DNA of 63,915 bases, counting the filler, from Octopus bimaculoides (Eukaryota): NCBI RefSeq assembly GCF_001194135.2. It is 8 parts of 7 records of this genome, joined end to end, with 100 filler letters (N's around TTAATTAATTAA, not from the genome) between each part and the next. Parts side by side here need not be neighbours in the genome. Positions count along the whole stretch, not along the records: positions 58,608 to 62,060 come from NC_068991.1; positions 62,161 to 63,915 come from NC_068982.1; 6 more parts are not named here. The stretch is one strand, 5' to 3'. The translations under genes and the position numbers were made by a program. Under the pieces are notes generated by a model. The model did not search any database. It worked only from the letters and a program-made list of their open reading frames with translations, and was not told where the DNA came from. This document shows, one piece after another, positions 61,931-63,915 of this stretch (positions are counted from its first letter, which is position 1; the number at the start of each line of letters is the position of its first letter).

Positions 61931-62060
61931 TCTGATAAGTACAAGAATAACGAAGACTACCTTAACCACGTGACCTCAGATGTCTCATATCACAAAACAT
62001 CCTGCAAAACAATGGCACATGCCACATGCATAACATCAGACCGATATATATATATATATA

Positions 62061-62160
62061 NNNNNNNNNNNNNNNNNNNNNNNNNNNNNNNNNNNNNNNN
62101 NNNNTTAATTAATTAANNNNNNNNNNNNNNNNNNNNNNNNNNNNNNNNNNNNNNNNNNNN
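62061..62160. other. Artificial scaffold spacer
   Basis: 44 N + TTAATTAATTAA (62105-62116) + 44 N. Confidence 0.95.
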
Positions 62161-62520
62161 CCTTATGTAGCATTGGTATGTTTTGGGTGATGATGGTGAA
62201 GGCTTCTTTGTTTCTGGGGTTGTATGTGGATATGTACGGCAGTATTTTTGGGGAATGTGTGTTGCTGTGTTTAACTTTTCTTAAGTTTTCTATGTCAATG
62301 TGTGATGCACGTCTGATTCCATCCTCTATGAGTTGAACTGGGTAGTGTCTGTCAATTAGTGTGTTTTTTAGTTCTTGTAGTCTATAGTCTCTAGTATTTT
62401 GTTCTGACACTATTGTGCATATCCTTCTTGCAAGGTTGAAGGGGATGTTTGTCTTGGTGTGTCTTGGGTGGCATGAATCAAATATATATTGTTTAAAGAA
62501 GGTTGTTATGCAAGGCTGGA
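62161..62520 (-). mobile_element. Penelope-like element, RT thumb region with an open frame
   Basis: KQYIFDSCHPRHTKTNIPFNLARRICTIVSEQNTRDYRLQELKNTLIDRHYPVQLIEDGIRRA...LPYISTYNP, the PLE S.HP..K..IP...A.R...I.S pattern, running into the spacer. Confidence 0.8.
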
Positions 62521-62729
62521 ACAATGCGAAAAGGTACAAAATAATCTATAAAAGGAAAAGAAAAGGAAATAAAGTTGCAGTTTTACCTTGTATTTCTATA
62601 TTTTGGGGTGAAGATCACTTTTTCAGGACATTTGGTAAAAGCGGTAGTTGGAGAAAGTTGTTGTTTAGATGTCTGCGGGGGAAGGAGATTGGAGAGGAAG
62701 GAGAAAGGTGCTGTGCAGATTGGTGTTGC

Positions 62730-63165
62730 TATAGCAACCAGTCTTGGTAACTTTGTCTGTTGTTTTGCATCTGTCTCTTATATGTGTGATCTCATTCTGC
62801 ATGTATGCAACTTTAGCTCTGATGGGCATGGTTAATTCATAATGTATGAATAGATTCCTACTGACTACTTTTCTATAAAAATTTATGTAGATGTGACCCT
62901 CATTCGTGATCTTGACTTGGAAATCTAGCAGAGAGAAGATTTGATTTTGAATTTGATATGGTTGTTAACATTGTTGAAGTTTTGATGTTTGGCAGTCACT
63001 TCTTTGTGAGAGGAGGTGAGCATCAGGATGTCATCGATGTACCTTGAGAAGAAAACATATGAGTGGCAGGTGTTAAGTGCCATGTGTTTGAGTTGATCCA
63101 TGTAGGAGATGCTGAGAGGCTGGATCCCATGGTAGACCTGAGATCTGTTTATATACCTCACCATT
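62730..63165 (-). pseudogene. Second Penelope-like RT fragment (catalytic YIDD through the thumb start)
   Basis: FFSRYIDDILML (63030-63044)...NNVNNHIKF, then after a frameshift LLDFQVKIT..INFYRK..NLFIHY..MPIRAK. Confidence 0.7.
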
Positions 63166-63915
63166 GTATTGGAAGTAGGTGTTACCTACTATAATGACTA
63201 GTAGTTCACATTGTGTTTAATGGATTTCAGATGGGGGTAGGGAGGGACAAGAATTTTATTGAATTAACATTAAGCAAATTCCTTTTCTATTGAGGAAATG
63301 GTCATCTGTGTGTATACATTGTGTTAAATGGATTTCAATGACAATATTGGAAATGAAAATTTGGAAAGAATTATTTTTCATTTGCTTTGTGGTGTGTTTG
63401 TGAGTGTGTGTGTCAATTAACAAATTCTTTTTCCATTGAAAATATGGCCAGCTGTGTATATATATATTGTACTAAATGGATTTCAGGGATGGTCAACAAT
63501 TGAAATGAAAGGGTCAAGAAGGAATTATGTGTGTGTGTGTTCTTTTGGGAAATATGTTGTTTTGTGTGTGTGTACTTTGTTTTTGGGAATATGTTGTTTT
63601 GTTTTTTGGAATATGTAGCTTTGTGAGTGTGTGTGTGTTTAATTTTTTGGGGGAATATGTTATTTTGTTTTTGAGGAAGCATTTTTTTTGTGTCAAAAAT
63701 TTATCGAATAGTTTGTGTGTAAACTATAGATCCTTATATATTGATTAATAATGATGGATGTTTCCATATTGAATTGAGGTTTATATTTGTTGATGGGTTG
63801 TTTTTCCTTATTTATTCTTTGTTGTTGGGTGAAACAGTTCATACGTTTGTAGAAGGGGGAGATTTTAAAGTTGGGTAAATTCATTCTTGCACAATTTGCA
63901 ACATGACTACTTAAG

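Noticed and set aside
267-63884. Many ORF-track entries with [16 protein letters not shown], poly-I/Y/H or long X runs
   Set aside because: They are translations of (TA)n, (CA)n, (CT)n, (ATT)n and (CAT)n microsatellites or of N gaps, which lack stops. There is no coding evidence.

Overview
AT-rich, microsatellite-saturated animal genomic DNA. The repeat families and composition suggest a cephalopod, probably Octopus (inference). The window is not one contiguous locus: seven identical 100-bp spacers (44 N + TTAATTAATTAA + 44 N) join eight segments, so synteny across them cannot be trusted. Two protein-coding genes are supportable. One is a class A GPCR of the FMRFamide/peptide-receptor-like group with a single coding exon (6749-7888, +). 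The other is nine in-frame GT-AG exons encoding 384 residues of the TPR region of CTR9, a PAF1 complex subunit (32487-40522, +; both ends missing). The rest is mobile-element debris: three abundant SINE-like families, HERO-like and R4/Dong-like RLE retrotransposon fossils, Penelope-like RT fragments, Tc1/mariner fossils, hAT MITEs with target-site duplications and several long hairpin MITEs. The most interesting signal, invisible in the ORF track, is a dispersed set of at least six minimal type I hammerhead ribozyme motifs plus one head-to-head fused pair. They come from several sequence families, most have a palindromic helix III, and Penelope-like RT relics occur in the same window. The cleanest copy is 22099-22180 (-). 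All alignments and folds were done by eye. TE boundaries are approximate unless TIR/TSD coordinates are given.
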